From Patescibacteria group bacterium (GTDB lineage: Bacteria > Patescibacteriota > Gracilibacteria > UBA1369 > LOWO2-01-FULL-3), in contig JBBTQK010000003.1 of the NCBI GenBank assembly GCA_038065735.1, positions 64,704 to 128,703 of the forward strand: DNA of 64,000 nt, in the 5' to 3' direction. The position numbers and the translations under genes were made by a program. The stretch's first letter is position 1, and each line of letters starts with the position of its first letter. The notes beneath the pieces are model-generated. The model worked only from the letters and a program-made list of their open reading frames with translations, ran no database searches and was not told the DNA's origin. Positions 28,788 to 37,953 of the stretch are shown one piece after another.

Positions 28788-29261
28788 TTATAACCCAAGG
28801 TCTTTATCGATTGGGCTTTCCTCGTCAGTGTGTTCAGGATGATCTACCGGTGGTTCCTCCTGAGGAATGTATTCGTCTTCGCTGGATTCGCCGCCTTCGC
28901 TACCTTCAAATCCTTCGCCTTCGGCTTTTGGTCTTTTTTCAAGTCTGATCATATCTTTCACAACGATTTCAGTCTTGAATTTTTTAGTCCCATCCGGACC
29001 GTCCCAGCTGCGAGTTTTGAGATAACCCTCGATGTAGATGAGGTCACCCTTTTTAAGGTATTTCCCGCAGATTTCTGCAAGGTGAGCCCAAGCTACACAT
29101 TCATGGAATTCCGCAGAGGTGTTTTTTTGACCACCCTTTGTCATCCATTCTCTGTTTGTAGCTACACCAAAGGTAGTTACGCTTTGTCCGTTTGGAGTCT
29201 GTCTTAGTTCAGGCGTTCTGGTTAAGTTACCGATAATGATTACTTTGTTAATGCTACGCAT
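28788..29261 (-). CDS. ssb: single-stranded DNA-binding protein
   Basis: OB-fold sequence INKVIIIGNLTRTPELRQTPNG...FHECVAWAHLAE...YIEGYLKTRSW, with an acidic tail ending IDKDLGL. Sits between rpoB and rpoC. Confidence 0.9.
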   Translation of the reverse strand: MRSINKVIIIGNLTRTPELRQTPNGQSVTTFGVATNREWMTKGGQKNTSAEFHECVAWAHLAEICGKYLKKGDLIYIEGYLKTRSWDGPDGTKKFKTEIVVKDMIRLEKRPKAEGEGFEGSEGGESSEDEYIPQEEPPVDHPEHTDEESPIDKDLGL

Positions 29262-29287
29262 ATTGGTAAAGTTTTAAGTTATTAATA

Positions 29288-32200
29288 TTAAACTTCTTCT
29301 TCAATGACAGGTTCTTCTAAAATTTCATCTACATTGGTTAGTTCTTTAGAAGTGCCTCCGGCTTCAGCTTCCAATTCTTTTTGGATGTTGCCAGTTACGT
29401 CTTCGCGTTCTTCAGGATTTTCATTTAAATATTCTTCAACTTCAGCAGGGTCAACTTCTCCCTTAAAATTTGCAGTCTGAATAAGTTTTACAGAAAGTCC
29501 CAAACTTTGTAATTCCTTCATCAATACATTGAAGGATTCAGGTACACGTGGTTTTCTGATCATTTCACCCTTAACGATTGATTCGTAAGCTTTTGATCTA
29601 CCATAAACGTCATCTGATTTGATAGTAAGCATTTCCTGCAAAGTGTGTGATGCGCCGTAGGCCTCAAGTGCCCACACCTCCATTTCACCAAAACGCTGAC
29701 CACCATGTTGAGCTTTACCTCCAAGCGGCTGTTGAGTAACTAATGAATATGGTCCTACAGAACGAGCGTGGATCTTGTCTTCAACCAAGTGATTCAACTT
29801 TAACATGTAGGCGATACCTACTGTTACTTCGCGATCAAAGGCTTCACCCGTTTTGCCATCGAACAATTGGATTTTGCCATGTTCTGGTAAGCCGGCTTTC
29901 TTTAATTCTGCAGTGATTTGATCTGTAGTAACTCCGTTTAAGGCTGGAGTTGCTACCGTAATACCTTGCTGTTTAGCAGCCCAACCTAAGTGGGTTTCAA
30001 GAATCTGACCGATGTTCATACGACTTGATACACCGAGTGGATTAAGTACGATATCAACCGGTCTTCCATCTGGTAAGAATGGCATGTCTTCTCTTGGAAC
30101 GATTATAGACACGACACCTTTGTTACCATGACGTCCGGCCATCTTGTCACCGATTTGGATTTTACGAGTTTGAGCAACGTTTACTTTGATTTGTTTCAAA
30201 ACACCCGTTGGTAGCTCGTCTCCAGCTTCTTTTGTGAACATTTGAATTGCAACAACTTTTCCACCTTCACCACCCGGTAAACGTAGAGAAGTGTCTTTTA
30301 CATCTCTTGCTTTGTCTCCGAAGATCGCTCTTAGCAATCTTTCTTCAGCGGTTAATTCAGTTTCGCCTTTTGGCGTAATCTTTCCACAAAGGATATCTCC
30401 TTCCTGTACAGTCGCACCAATTCTCACGATACCGTCATCACCAAGATCTTTTAATTTATTTTCACCAACGTTTGGGATGTCTCTTGTAATAACTTCTGAA
30501 CCAAGTTTAGTTTCACGTACATCTACAACATAACTTTCAATATGTACTGAATCATAGAAACCACGACGTACGATGTCTTCTGACAAAACGATCGCGTCCT
30601 CAAAGTTGTAACCTTCCCATGATAGGTAAGCTACAAGTAAGTTTTTACCAAGTGCTAATTCGCCGTTTTCTGTAGCTGTTCCATCGGCAAGCACATCACC
30701 TTTTTTAAGTTTTTGGTCTTTAGTTACTCTAACTCTCTGGTGTAGACAAGTACCCTGATTTGATCTTTCATAAGTCTGAACACCATAGCTGACTTTACGA
30801 CCATTGTCGTAAATCACTGTAATACGATTTGCGTCTACGTAAGAAACCGTGCCCTCTCTTTCTGCCATAATTACCTGGCCAGAGCTTTTTGCAGCAATTT
30901 CTTCAATACCAGTTCCAACGATTGGGGCATCTGGTGAAAGTAGAGAAACAGCTTGACGTTGCATGTTTGAACCCATGGATGCACGCGTATTATCATCATG
31001 CTCCAAGAACGGAATTAACGCTGTAGTAATAGAGATAATCTGTTTTGGAGAAACATCAATATGCGTAAGGTCGTTAACGTGAGCCAAAACCGGTTCACCA
31101 GCTTTTCTCGCAGAAATACGGGTAGTCATAAATTGACCAATTTCATCTATCTCTGAGTTTGCCTGTGAAATCACAAGAGCCTGCTCTTCTTCTGCATCAT
31201 AATATGCAATTTTGTTCGTGATATATGGGCGAACTTTTACTTCGTCCAATTTTACTTTAGCTATTTTTTTAGCCATTTCTTCGTCAACTGTGTCGCCGGC
31301 TTTAGCGATAACTTTGCCTTTGTCTTCTACGCTTTCACGTAAAACGCGGCCGATAAGGTCTTTTTCACCATTTTTTATTGTATGCGCAACTTCACGGAAA
31401 GGAGTTTCGATAAATCCATATTCATTAATTTTTGCGTAAGTCGCTAAATGCACTACTAGACCGATATTTGGACCTTCGGGAGTGGCAATAGGACAGATTC
31501 TACCGTAGTGAGATGGATGTACGTCACGTACGTCAAATGATGCTCTTTCTCTAGACAAACCTCCTGGACCCATCGCGGATAGACGACGTTTGTGTTCAAG
31601 TTCGGCCAAAGGATTGGTCTGATCCATGAACTGAGAAAGTTGTGAGCTTGCAAAGAATTCTCTCAAGGCGGCAGTAATAGGACGAGAATTAATAAGTTGT
31701 GTTGGAGTTACTGTTTCAAGATCCATAACAGTCATACGATCTTTTGCGATACGATCTGTTCTAAGTAAACCAACTCTGAATTTGTTTTGTACAAGTTCAC
31801 CAACCGCACGAATTCTTCTGTTAGCCAAGTGATCGATGTCATCTGGAGCTAATTCTCCATTATTTAATTTGATCAAATGTCTCAAAATGTGGACTAAATC
31901 GTTAATCTGGAAAGTATGGAACTTCTTTTTATTAGGAGTATCCATGTTGAATCTTTTGTTCAACTTGTAACGAGCTACCGGACCCATGTCATATTTACGG
32001 TAGTCAAAGAACATTGATTTGATCAGAGATTTTGCGTTTTCTGGAGTAGCCAAATCACCAGGACGGATCTTTTTATAGATGTTCTGGTAAGCGTCTTCTA
32101 CAGTTTTTGCAGTATCTTTTTCAAGAGAATTTAGAATGTAATCGTGTTCAGTATCGAGAATGTCATCTTTGAATAAATCCAAGATTTCTCTGTCAGTTTC

Positions 32201-33148
32201 GTAACCAAAAACACGAAGTAGGGAAGTGACAGAAATTTTACGTTTGCGGTCGATTTTTACCGTAATAATACCTTTTTTGTCGGTTTCAATTTCCAACCAG
32301 GCACCACGTTTTGGAATGATTTTTGCTGAGTGCATATCTGGAGCTGCTGGATTTCTTGAGAAGAATACACCAGGAGATCTGACGATCTGACTCACTACAA
32401 CTCTTTCAATACCATTTACGATGAAAGTTCCACGATTAGTCATCAATGGAATATTTCCTAGGAATACGTCTTGTTCTTTAATTTCACCAGTTTCTTTATT
32501 AATTAACTGTACGTGCACTTTTAGGGCTGCTTCGTAAGTTAAATTCTTGTTTTTTGCAGTTTCTGCGTTGTATTTAGTTTCAGCGATTGAGTGTTCCAAG
32601 AAATGTAATTCAAGTTTTTTACCTGAAAAATCCTGGATTGGGCTGATTTCATCTAATAATTCACGGATACCTTCGTTCAAAAACCACTCGTGAGAGTTTA
32701 ATTGAATTTCGATAAGACTTGGAATTTCAACTTTTTTGTCGATCTGTGTACCAAAGTATTTGCGCTTGCTTGTAAGCGTAATTGGCTCTCTGTGTAGATC
32801 GATTTCTGAAGGAAGAACTAAGTCTTTGTCCTTTTTTTCAGTGATATCTAAAGGTTTTTCTTTGACTTCAGGCACTTTTTTAGAAGCCTTAGCCGCAGGT
32901 TTTGCAACTAATTTAGTCTCTTTAACGGGCTCTTTAGCTACGGTCTTAATTTTTTTAGGACCGGCCTTAGGAGTATGCTTTTTTACTTCGATCTTCTTTG
33001 CCTTTGCTGGAATTTTCTTTACTTCCTTTTTTGCAGTTTTCTTAGAAGCTTTTACTGTAGGTTTAACTGCTTTCTTAATTACTTTTACAGGCTTTTTTAT
33101 TGCCTTTAAAGTTTTCTTCGGGCTTTTAACAGCCTTTTTTTTAGCCAT
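29288..33148 (-). CDS. rpoB: DNA-directed RNA polymerase subunit beta, with a ~115-aa Lys/Ala/Pro/Val-rich N-terminal extension and an acidic C-terminal tail
   Basis: Conserved beta-subunit blocks (IPSLIEIQLNS, MAGRHGNKGVVS, QRFGEMEVWALEAYGA). The N-terminal low-complexity region is read directly from the ORF. Confidence 0.98.
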   Translation of the reverse strand: MAKKKAVKSPKKTLKAIKKPVKVIKKAVKPTVKASKKTAKKEVKKIPAKAKKIEVKKHTPKAGPKKIKTVAKEPVKETKLVAKPAAKASKKVPEVKEKPLDITEKKDKDLVLPSEIDLHREPITLTSKRKYFGTQIDKKVEIPSLIEIQLNSHEWFLNEGIRELLDEISPIQDFSGKKLELHFLEHSIAETKYNAETAKNKNLTYEAALKVHVQLINKETGEIKEQDVFLGNIPLMTNRGTFIVNGIERVVVSQIVRSPGVFFSRNPAAPDMHSAKIIPKRGAWLEIETDKKGIITVKIDRKRKISVTSLLRVFGYETDREILDLFKDDILDTEHDYILNSLEKDTAKTVEDAYQNIYKKIRPGDLATPENAKSLIKSMFFDYRKYDMGPVARYKLNKRFNMDTPNKKKFHTFQINDLVHILRHLIKLNNGELAPDDIDHLANRRIRAVGELVQNKFRVGLLRTDRIAKDRMTVMDLETVTPTQLINSRPITAALREFFASSQLSQFMDQTNPLAELEHKRRLSAMGPGGLSRERASFDVRDVHPSHYGRICPIATPEGPNIGLVVHLATYAKINEYGFIETPFREVAHTIKNGEKDLIGRVLRESVEDKGKVIAKAGDTVDEEMAKKIAKVKLDEVKVRPYITNKIAYYDAEEEQALVISQANSEIDEIGQFMTTRISARKAGEPVLAHVNDLTHIDVSPKQIISITTALIPFLEHDDNTRASMGSNMQRQAVSLLSPDAPIVGTGIEEIAAKSSGQVIMAEREGTVSYVDANRITVIYDNGRKVSYGVQTYERSNQGTCLHQRVRVTKDQKLKKGDVLADGTATENGELALGKNLLVAYLSWEGYNFEDAIVLSEDIVRRGFYDSVHIESYVVDVRETKLGSEVITRDIPNVGENKLKDLGDDGIVRIGATVQEGDILCGKITPKGETELTAEERLLRAIFGDKARDVKDTSLRLPGGEGGKVVAIQMFTKEAGDELPTGVLKQIKVNVAQTRKIQIGDKMAGRHGNKGVVSIIVPREDMPFLPDGRPVDIVLNPLGVSSRMNIGQILETHLGWAAKQQGITVATPALNGVTTDQITAELKKAGLPEHGKIQLFDGKTGEAFDREVTVGIAYMLKLNHLVEDKIHARSVGPYSLVTQQPLGGKAQHGGQRFGEMEVWALEAYGASHTLQEMLTIKSDDVYGRSKAYESIVKGEMIRKPRVPESFNVLMKELQSLGLSVKLIQTANFKGEVDPAEVEEYLNENPEEREDVTGNIQKELEAEAGGTSKELTNVDEILEEPVIEEEV

Positions 33149-33217
33149 TTGAAAGGACGGTTAAGAAAATATATACTATCGGGTCTCTTAACTCATCCAA
33201 AGCTTGATAGCCTTCCC

Positions 33218-33245
33218 ATTTTAGGTATATTTTGGCTTTAGTCAA
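33218..33245 (-). promoter_or_regulatory. candidate promoter for rpoB
   Basis: Minus strand: TTGACT (revcomp of 33240-33245), 16 nt, TAAAAT (revcomp of 33218-33223). It overlaps a divergent plus-strand TTGATA-16-TATATT (33204-33231). Confidence 0.45.
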
Positions 33246-33256
33246 GAAAAAACTTA

Positions 33257-34066
33257 ATGTTGGGTAAACAGAATTCCATGAATGACGTTAGAGGGCAAAA
33301 TAAGCGATATGTGGAGCTCGATTTTATCCGAGGGTTAGCGGTTTTTGGCATGATCATCTTCCATTCTTTCTATATTTTGGATTTTTATGATGTAATTGTT
33401 GTTAGTATTCAGGAGGGTCTTTGGTATTTTTTTGCAGAATTGGTGCGGATTGTGTTTTTAATGTTGGTTGGAATTTCAATGCATATTTCTTATGGTCGGT
33501 CTTTTAACAAGAGAGCTCGAGATGGCGCTAGTGTGTTAGGCGGAAGAATGTTGATGCCGATTGCTAAGCAGATAAAGAGAGGAATTGTGATTTTTGCGGC
33601 TGGTTTACTGGTGACTTTGGCGACGTATCTTGCTGTCGGTGAAGTTTATGTGAGATTTGGAATTTTACACCTGATTGGTGTGAGTATTGTTTTTTGGAGT
33701 TTATTTATTTGGGATAAATATATTGTTTTGTTAATGGCTATTTTGGCTTTGGTTCTTGGTTTTTGCTTTCCTGATTTGGATTTTCCTTTCGGCAAAGTTG
33801 ATTATTTTGCCTTGGATTATTTCCCGATTTTTCCGTGGATGGGCGTTGTAGGGATTGGGATTTTTGCTGGATATTTATTTTATCCAGGCGACAAGATAAG
33901 GGTTTCAAGTTCTGTTGGGCTATTTAACGTTGGCATCCTTGGTTATTTTTCAAAATTAATCGTATTTTTAGGCAGAAATTCTTTGTGGGTTTACATTCTG
34001 CATGTTCCGTTAATCCTGCTAATTTTGCTTATTTCTGGAATTTTGGACTGGTCTGTCTTTTTTTAG
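33257..34066 (+). CDS. multi-pass membrane protein, DUF1624 / heparan-alpha-glucosaminide N-acetyltransferase-like
   Basis: The N-terminal ELDFIRGLAVFGMIIFH motif and ~8 hydrophobic segments resemble the DUF1624 family. The start may instead be the downstream ATG at MNDVRG. Confidence 0.55.
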   Translation: MLGKQNSMNDVRGQNKRYVELDFIRGLAVFGMIIFHSFYILDFYDVIVVSIQEGLWYFFAELVRIVFLMLVGISMHISYGRSFNKRARDGASVLGGRMLMPIAKQIKRGIVIFAAGLLVTLATYLAVGEVYVRFGILHLIGVSIVFWSLFIWDKYIVLLMAILALVLGFCFPDLDFPFGKVDYFALDYFPIFPWMGVVGIGIFAGYLFYPGDKIRVSSSVGLFNVGILGYFSKLIVFLGRNSLWVYILHVPLILLILLISGILDWSVFF

Positions 34067-35073
34067 TGTTGCCGGAATTCTCCCACTATTTGGTCGATTT
34101 TATATTTGGGATCGTTGTAGTCTGGTTCAGTTCGTAGTTTCCATGATTGTGGCGATTTATTTTCATTTTCTATTAATCCAAGATGCGCTAGGCCTTCATG
34201 GGCTTTGCATAATGGGGTGATTGTATCGGGGTCGTGAGTGTGATTTAGGGCATACCTGTTAGTGTGGTGTAGAATTTTGTAGGGCTTACTGCACCCCGGA
34301 AAGGCGCACGTGGAATTGGTTTTTGCCAGTATGTGTTTTTTCATTTTGCTTGGTACTGCGCGGGATTTGTAAGCTTTGGGGGCTTGATTTACCGTGATCG
34401 CTTTTGGCTTGTTTTCTTCCAAGTTTTTCTCGTGCATTTCAATAAATTTTTTCATCAGTTCATTCCAATTACCCTGGCCTTTTAATTTAGATAATTTGTC
34501 GGCAATAGTGGGGTCGAGACTCATATTGATTTCTGCATTTCCAATATTTACAGATAGGTTTTCCTCCCTAGGGAGAAATTCCTTCCTGTAAGCTTGCACG
34601 TATGCCTCCAAGGTATTTTTGCTCATAACTTTTGCTTTTTCTGCCCAGAATTCCTGAGTTTCAGCGGTTGCGATTACCGCCACTGGTCTTATACTTTGTA
34701 GGCCCTTTTCTTCAGCAATTTTCATTAAAGCTGGCTTATCTGCAATTCTATGTAAAACCCTGAGGGCTTCTTCGACTTGTCCCTGATTCATGCCAGCGAT
34801 TTGGTAGGCGTAAACGTAGATGCTGCTGAAGCCTTTTTTCTGCCATATTTTTTGTTTTTCGATTTCTGGTAAAAGTAGGGCGCATTTGCGTAGCCATTCT
34901 TTTGCAGTTTTGCCATATTGTGAAAATTGTTGATGAATTATTTGCCAGGAATTGTCTAAATTTTTCATGTGAATTTTTGTTAAGTTTTGTTTGATTTTGC
35001 CTGTGATAATTTTCTTATATTTTGGTCTAAATTGGAAGCTTAATCCTGAAATTAAGGCTGACAAAAGCCGCAT
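34063..35073 (-). CDS. HNH endonuclease domain protein
   Basis: C-terminal CAFPGCSKPYKILHHTNRY...ITPLCKAHEGLAH (HNH with a Cys/His zinc site). An alternative start is at 34968 (MKNLDNS). Confidence 0.7.
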   Translation of the reverse strand: MRLLSALISGLSFQFRPKYKKIITGKIKQNLTKIHMKNLDNSWQIIHQQFSQYGKTAKEWLRKCALLLPEIEKQKIWQKKGFSSIYVYAYQIAGMNQGQVEEALRVLHRIADKPALMKIAEEKGLQSIRPVAVIATAETQEFWAEKAKVMSKNTLEAYVQAYRKEFLPREENLSVNIGNAEINMSLDPTIADKLSKLKGQGNWNELMKKFIEMHEKNLEENKPKAITVNQAPKAYKSRAVPSKMKKHILAKTNSTCAFPGCSKPYKILHHTNRYALNHTHDPDTITPLCKAHEGLAHLGLIENENKSPQSWKLRTEPDYNDPKYKIDQIVGEFRQH

Positions 35074-35293
35074 AATATTGGTGAGTACGCACTCACTCGG
35101 CGATCTTTGAAGTTAATAATATTTTTTTGCTTGAGCTAAGCCTTTGTAAGATTTAACTTGCTTGTTGCGCTTTGTCTTTTGGCTGGAGATTTGCATTGTT
35201 GACAATTCGGAATATTACACTGGTTTTTGGACCTGATTCTGTTTTTGCCTTCTGGCAGCCACGTGAGTGCCGCTTGCGCCGATCGCCGTATTA

Positions 35294-35302
35294 TGTTATA
35301 AT
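35294..35302 (+). promoter_or_regulatory. extended -10 promoter (TGtTATAAT) for 35334 gene
   Basis: Part of the 24-nt module CGTATTATGTTATAATAAATGTGT (35287-35310), which is repeated at 38873-38896. Confidence 0.55.
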
Positions 35303-35333
35303 AAATGTGTTTAAAAAAATAACAAAAATAAAA

Positions 35334-36005
35334 ATGTTTACAAATCTTGGTGTCAATTATTCAAAGGGAGTTTTATTTTCAAAGCGTTTTGTATATCAAA
35401 CTGGTCCAGAAAAACATGATCCTGTAAAAACTGAAACTTCTAATGTTCCTAAAGAGGATTCCAAGCTTAGCGAATCTAAGGAAGCAGAGTTATCTCAGAA
35501 GGAAAGAGTAATTAAGTTACTTTCAGCTGAGATGAGGAAGAACATGGAAAGTTTTGCCAAGGAAACTAAATCAAAAGCTTTTATCGGCACTGCAGTAGAG
35601 TATACGTTACAAAATACTGCGGAGGTTGAGCTATTGATGTATTTTGCGAAATCGCCTGTTCTTATTCATAGGTTAAATGTTGCGTGGAATTCCAATAAAG
35701 ACATTCCTGTTGTGATGAGGGATGAGATTAATGAAATTTTAATTACTGATAAAGACGACTTCGTACGTTTTTATCTTGCTGGTGGAAAGTATACTTCTGA
35801 AAAGCACTTAAGGGTACTCGCTGGTGATGTCTCTTCAGATTTAAGAGCCACTGTTGCCTCAAATAAAAATACTCCAGCTGATGTATTAGCAATCTTACTA
35901 AATGATAAAGTTGAATTAGTTAGAAGTAATGCGGCATTGAGGATAAAAGCCAATGAAGAGGTCAATGTAAAAAAGGGATCGGATATCCTAAATCAAATGC
36001 TCTAA
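35334..36005 (+). CDS. hypothetical protein with leucine-rich-repeat-variant/HEAT-like C-terminal repeats
   Basis: DLRATVASNKNTPADVLAILLNDKVELVRSNAA resembles LRV repeats. Start chosen at ATG 35334, downstream of the promoter; the ORF-track start at 35172 lies upstream of it. Confidence 0.55.
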   Translation: MFTNLGVNYSKGVLFSKRFVYQTGPEKHDPVKTETSNVPKEDSKLSESKEAELSQKERVIKLLSAEMRKNMESFAKETKSKAFIGTAVEYTLQNTAEVELLMYFAKSPVLIHRLNVAWNSNKDIPVVMRDEINEILITDKDDFVRFYLAGGKYTSEKHLRVLAGDVSSDLRATVASNKNTPADVLAILLNDKVELVRSNAALRIKANEEVNVKKGSDILNQML

Positions 36006-37270
36006 AGTCGATTTAGCGCTTTGACTGGACTGATATTTGCGGCTTTACGGGCTGGAATGTAGGCTGAAATGAGCGCTAATAATGTGCCAAAAATTAGAGT
36101 CTGGAGAATTAAAGCTGGAGTGATTTTAAATAGAGTATCTGCGGTAAAGGTTGTTTGGGCTAGTTGACCGATGCCAACCTGATCTATGATGACACTGCCA
36201 ATTAGTCCAAGGACTATTCCCATGCAGCTGCCGACGATTCCGACGATGCCGGCTTCAATTAAAATTAATTTTTTGATGTGAGATTTTGAGGCGCCAAGTG
36301 CTCTGAATAAACCGATTTCTTTTGTGCGTTCTGAGATTGTGGCCAAAAAAGTACTAATGATAGAAATGGCTGCCGTTAGCAGAATTACAAAACTAATAAA
36401 GCCTAAAGTTATTTTTAAGTAAGTGAATTTTGCTTCTACATCTTTGAGATTTTTTTGTAGGTAGAATGTGCTGAGGTCGAGTTTTTCTATTGCGGCTGCG
36501 ACTTGCGGCACTAGAGTTGCGTCTTTTGTTTCTACAAAAAGTTCTATGTAATTTGTAGGTTTTTCGGGATTAAATTTTTGATTTAATTCTTTAAGAATAT
36601 TGTCCGGTAACGTTACTCCAATAAAATTTACTTTGTCCGAAAAGCCGACAACTTCCAGTTCTATTTTTTCGTCCTGATTATCTTTAACCGGGAAGAATGT
36701 AGAATAATTTGGATAAAGAGTTGGGCGGGCTCCAATCAAAATCTCTTCGGAAAGTTTTGGTAAATCCTGGCTTGTAGCAACCGTTAAATTGTATAAATCC
36801 AATAATTTTCTTGGCACAATTACTGGATATGGTTCTGAGGTTTTGTCCCAGTCTTCAGGGTTTTCTAAATCGTTTTCTATAAAGCCTTTTGGTACACCAA
36901 ATAGCATGGTGTCAGTAACTAAACTTTCACCCAATAATTCAATTTCTAGAGAGGAAAAATTGCTATATTGGATTTCGGGATAGACTTTAGTTACGCCATC
37001 AATTTTTGCAATTTGCGCTATTGTTTCGTCGGTGATTTTATTTTTGCTGGAGCCTATAAACGATAAGGGACTGGCTTTTTCGTTATTTGGTCTAACCGTT
37101 ATTTGGTTGAGAGGACTTTGCTTTTCTAATTCACTAAAAGTTGCCTGTTTTATTCCATCGCTTAAGCCTAAAAAAACTATTAAAGAAGCAGTGCCGATAG
37201 CTATTGTAAAACTGGCTAGCAGACTGCGGAATTTTCTTTCTTTAATGTTTTTAATTGCTAATTTAAGCAT
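36002..37270 (-). CDS. ABC transporter permease, FtsX/MacB-like
   Basis: 422 aa with an N-terminal TM, a large periplasmic-type domain and a C-terminal FtsX-type 3-TM bundle. Follows the ATPase gene. Confidence 0.8.
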   Translation of the reverse strand: MLKLAIKNIKERKFRSLLASFTIAIGTASLIVFLGLSDGIKQATFSELEKQSPLNQITVRPNNEKASPLSFIGSSKNKITDETIAQIAKIDGVTKVYPEIQYSNFSSLEIELLGESLVTDTMLFGVPKGFIENDLENPEDWDKTSEPYPVIVPRKLLDLYNLTVATSQDLPKLSEEILIGARPTLYPNYSTFFPVKDNQDEKIELEVVGFSDKVNFIGVTLPDNILKELNQKFNPEKPTNYIELFVETKDATLVPQVAAAIEKLDLSTFYLQKNLKDVEAKFTYLKITLGFISFVILLTAAISIISTFLATISERTKEIGLFRALGASKSHIKKLILIEAGIVGIVGSCMGIVLGLIGSVIIDQVGIGQLAQTTFTADTLFKITPALILQTLIFGTLLALISAYIPARKAANISPVKALNRL

Positions 37271-37272
37271 GA

Positions 37273-37938
37273 TTATTTATGGTGAATTTTGCCGTTTTCG
37301 ATATGTATGATTTTTTCTGCTGCTGAGGCAATTTTTTCGTCGTGAGTTGCAATTACAAAAGTGATTTTATGTTCTTTATGTAATTTTTTTAATAATTTAA
37401 TAATGGTTTCACCGGTTTTTTCATCCAGATTTCCAGTTGGTTCATCAGCTATAATAATTTTTGGTTTATTAATTAAGGCTCTGGCTATTGCGACACGTTG
37501 TTTTTGCCCTCCAGAAAGCTCGTTTACTAGGGAATTAGTTTTGCCTTCAAGTTCAACTTCTTTGATTAGTTCTTTGGCATATTCTACTCTGTTTTTGTCG
37601 TCAGAATTAAAAAATGTTGGTAATAAAATATTATCTTTTACAGTTAAAAATGGTTGCAGATGAAATTCCTGGAAGATGAAACCAATGTTTTTATTACGAT
37701 ATTCGGAAAGTTCTTTGTCTTTGGAATGACTAATGTTTTTCCCATTAATAAAAATATCTCCTTTTGTTGGAGAATCAAGTCCGCCGAGCAAATTTAAAAG
37801 AGTTGTCTTGCCAGAGCCGGAACGTCCAACTAAAGCCATAAATTCGCCTTCTTTGATTTCTAGATTTACATCATCAACAACAGCAATTTTTGATTTACCG
37901 GAACTAAAAATTTTGCTGATATTTTTAAGCTGAATCAT
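37273..37938 (-). CDS. ABC transporter ATP-binding protein (MacB/LolD-like)
   Basis: Walker A GRSGSGKTT, signature LSGGQKQR, Walker B IIIADEPT. Confidence 0.92.
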   Translation of the reverse strand: MIQLKNISKIFSSGKSKIAVVDDVNLEIKEGEFMALVGRSGSGKTTLLNLLGGLDSPTKGDIFINGKNISHSKDKELSEYRNKNIGFIFQEFHLQPFLTVKDNILLPTFFNSDDKNRVEYAKELIKEVELEGKTNSLVNELSGGQKQRVAIARALINKPKIIIADEPTGNLDEKTGETIIKLLKKLHKEHKITFVIATHDEKIASAAEKIIHIENGKIHHK

Positions 37939-37953
37939 AAAAGCTTAAGGGGG

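Noticed and set aside
1190-33152. Dozens of 60-140-aa plus-strand ORFs inside the ribosomal, tuf/fusA and rpoBC genes (for example 1190-1375, 2437-2685, 7348-7617, 28830-29207, 32736-33152).
   Set aside because: They lie antisense to, or in alternative frames of, strongly conserved genes. They have hydrophobic or low-complexity shadow composition and no start context. They are typical antisense shadow ORFs.
35172-35333. Upstream extensions of ORFs in the track (35172-35333, and likewise 38891-38914, 48726-48752 and 55841-55903).
   Set aside because: The extensions overlap the extended -10 promoter elements and encode implausible peptides. The internal ATG codons just downstream of the promoters give sensible N-termini.
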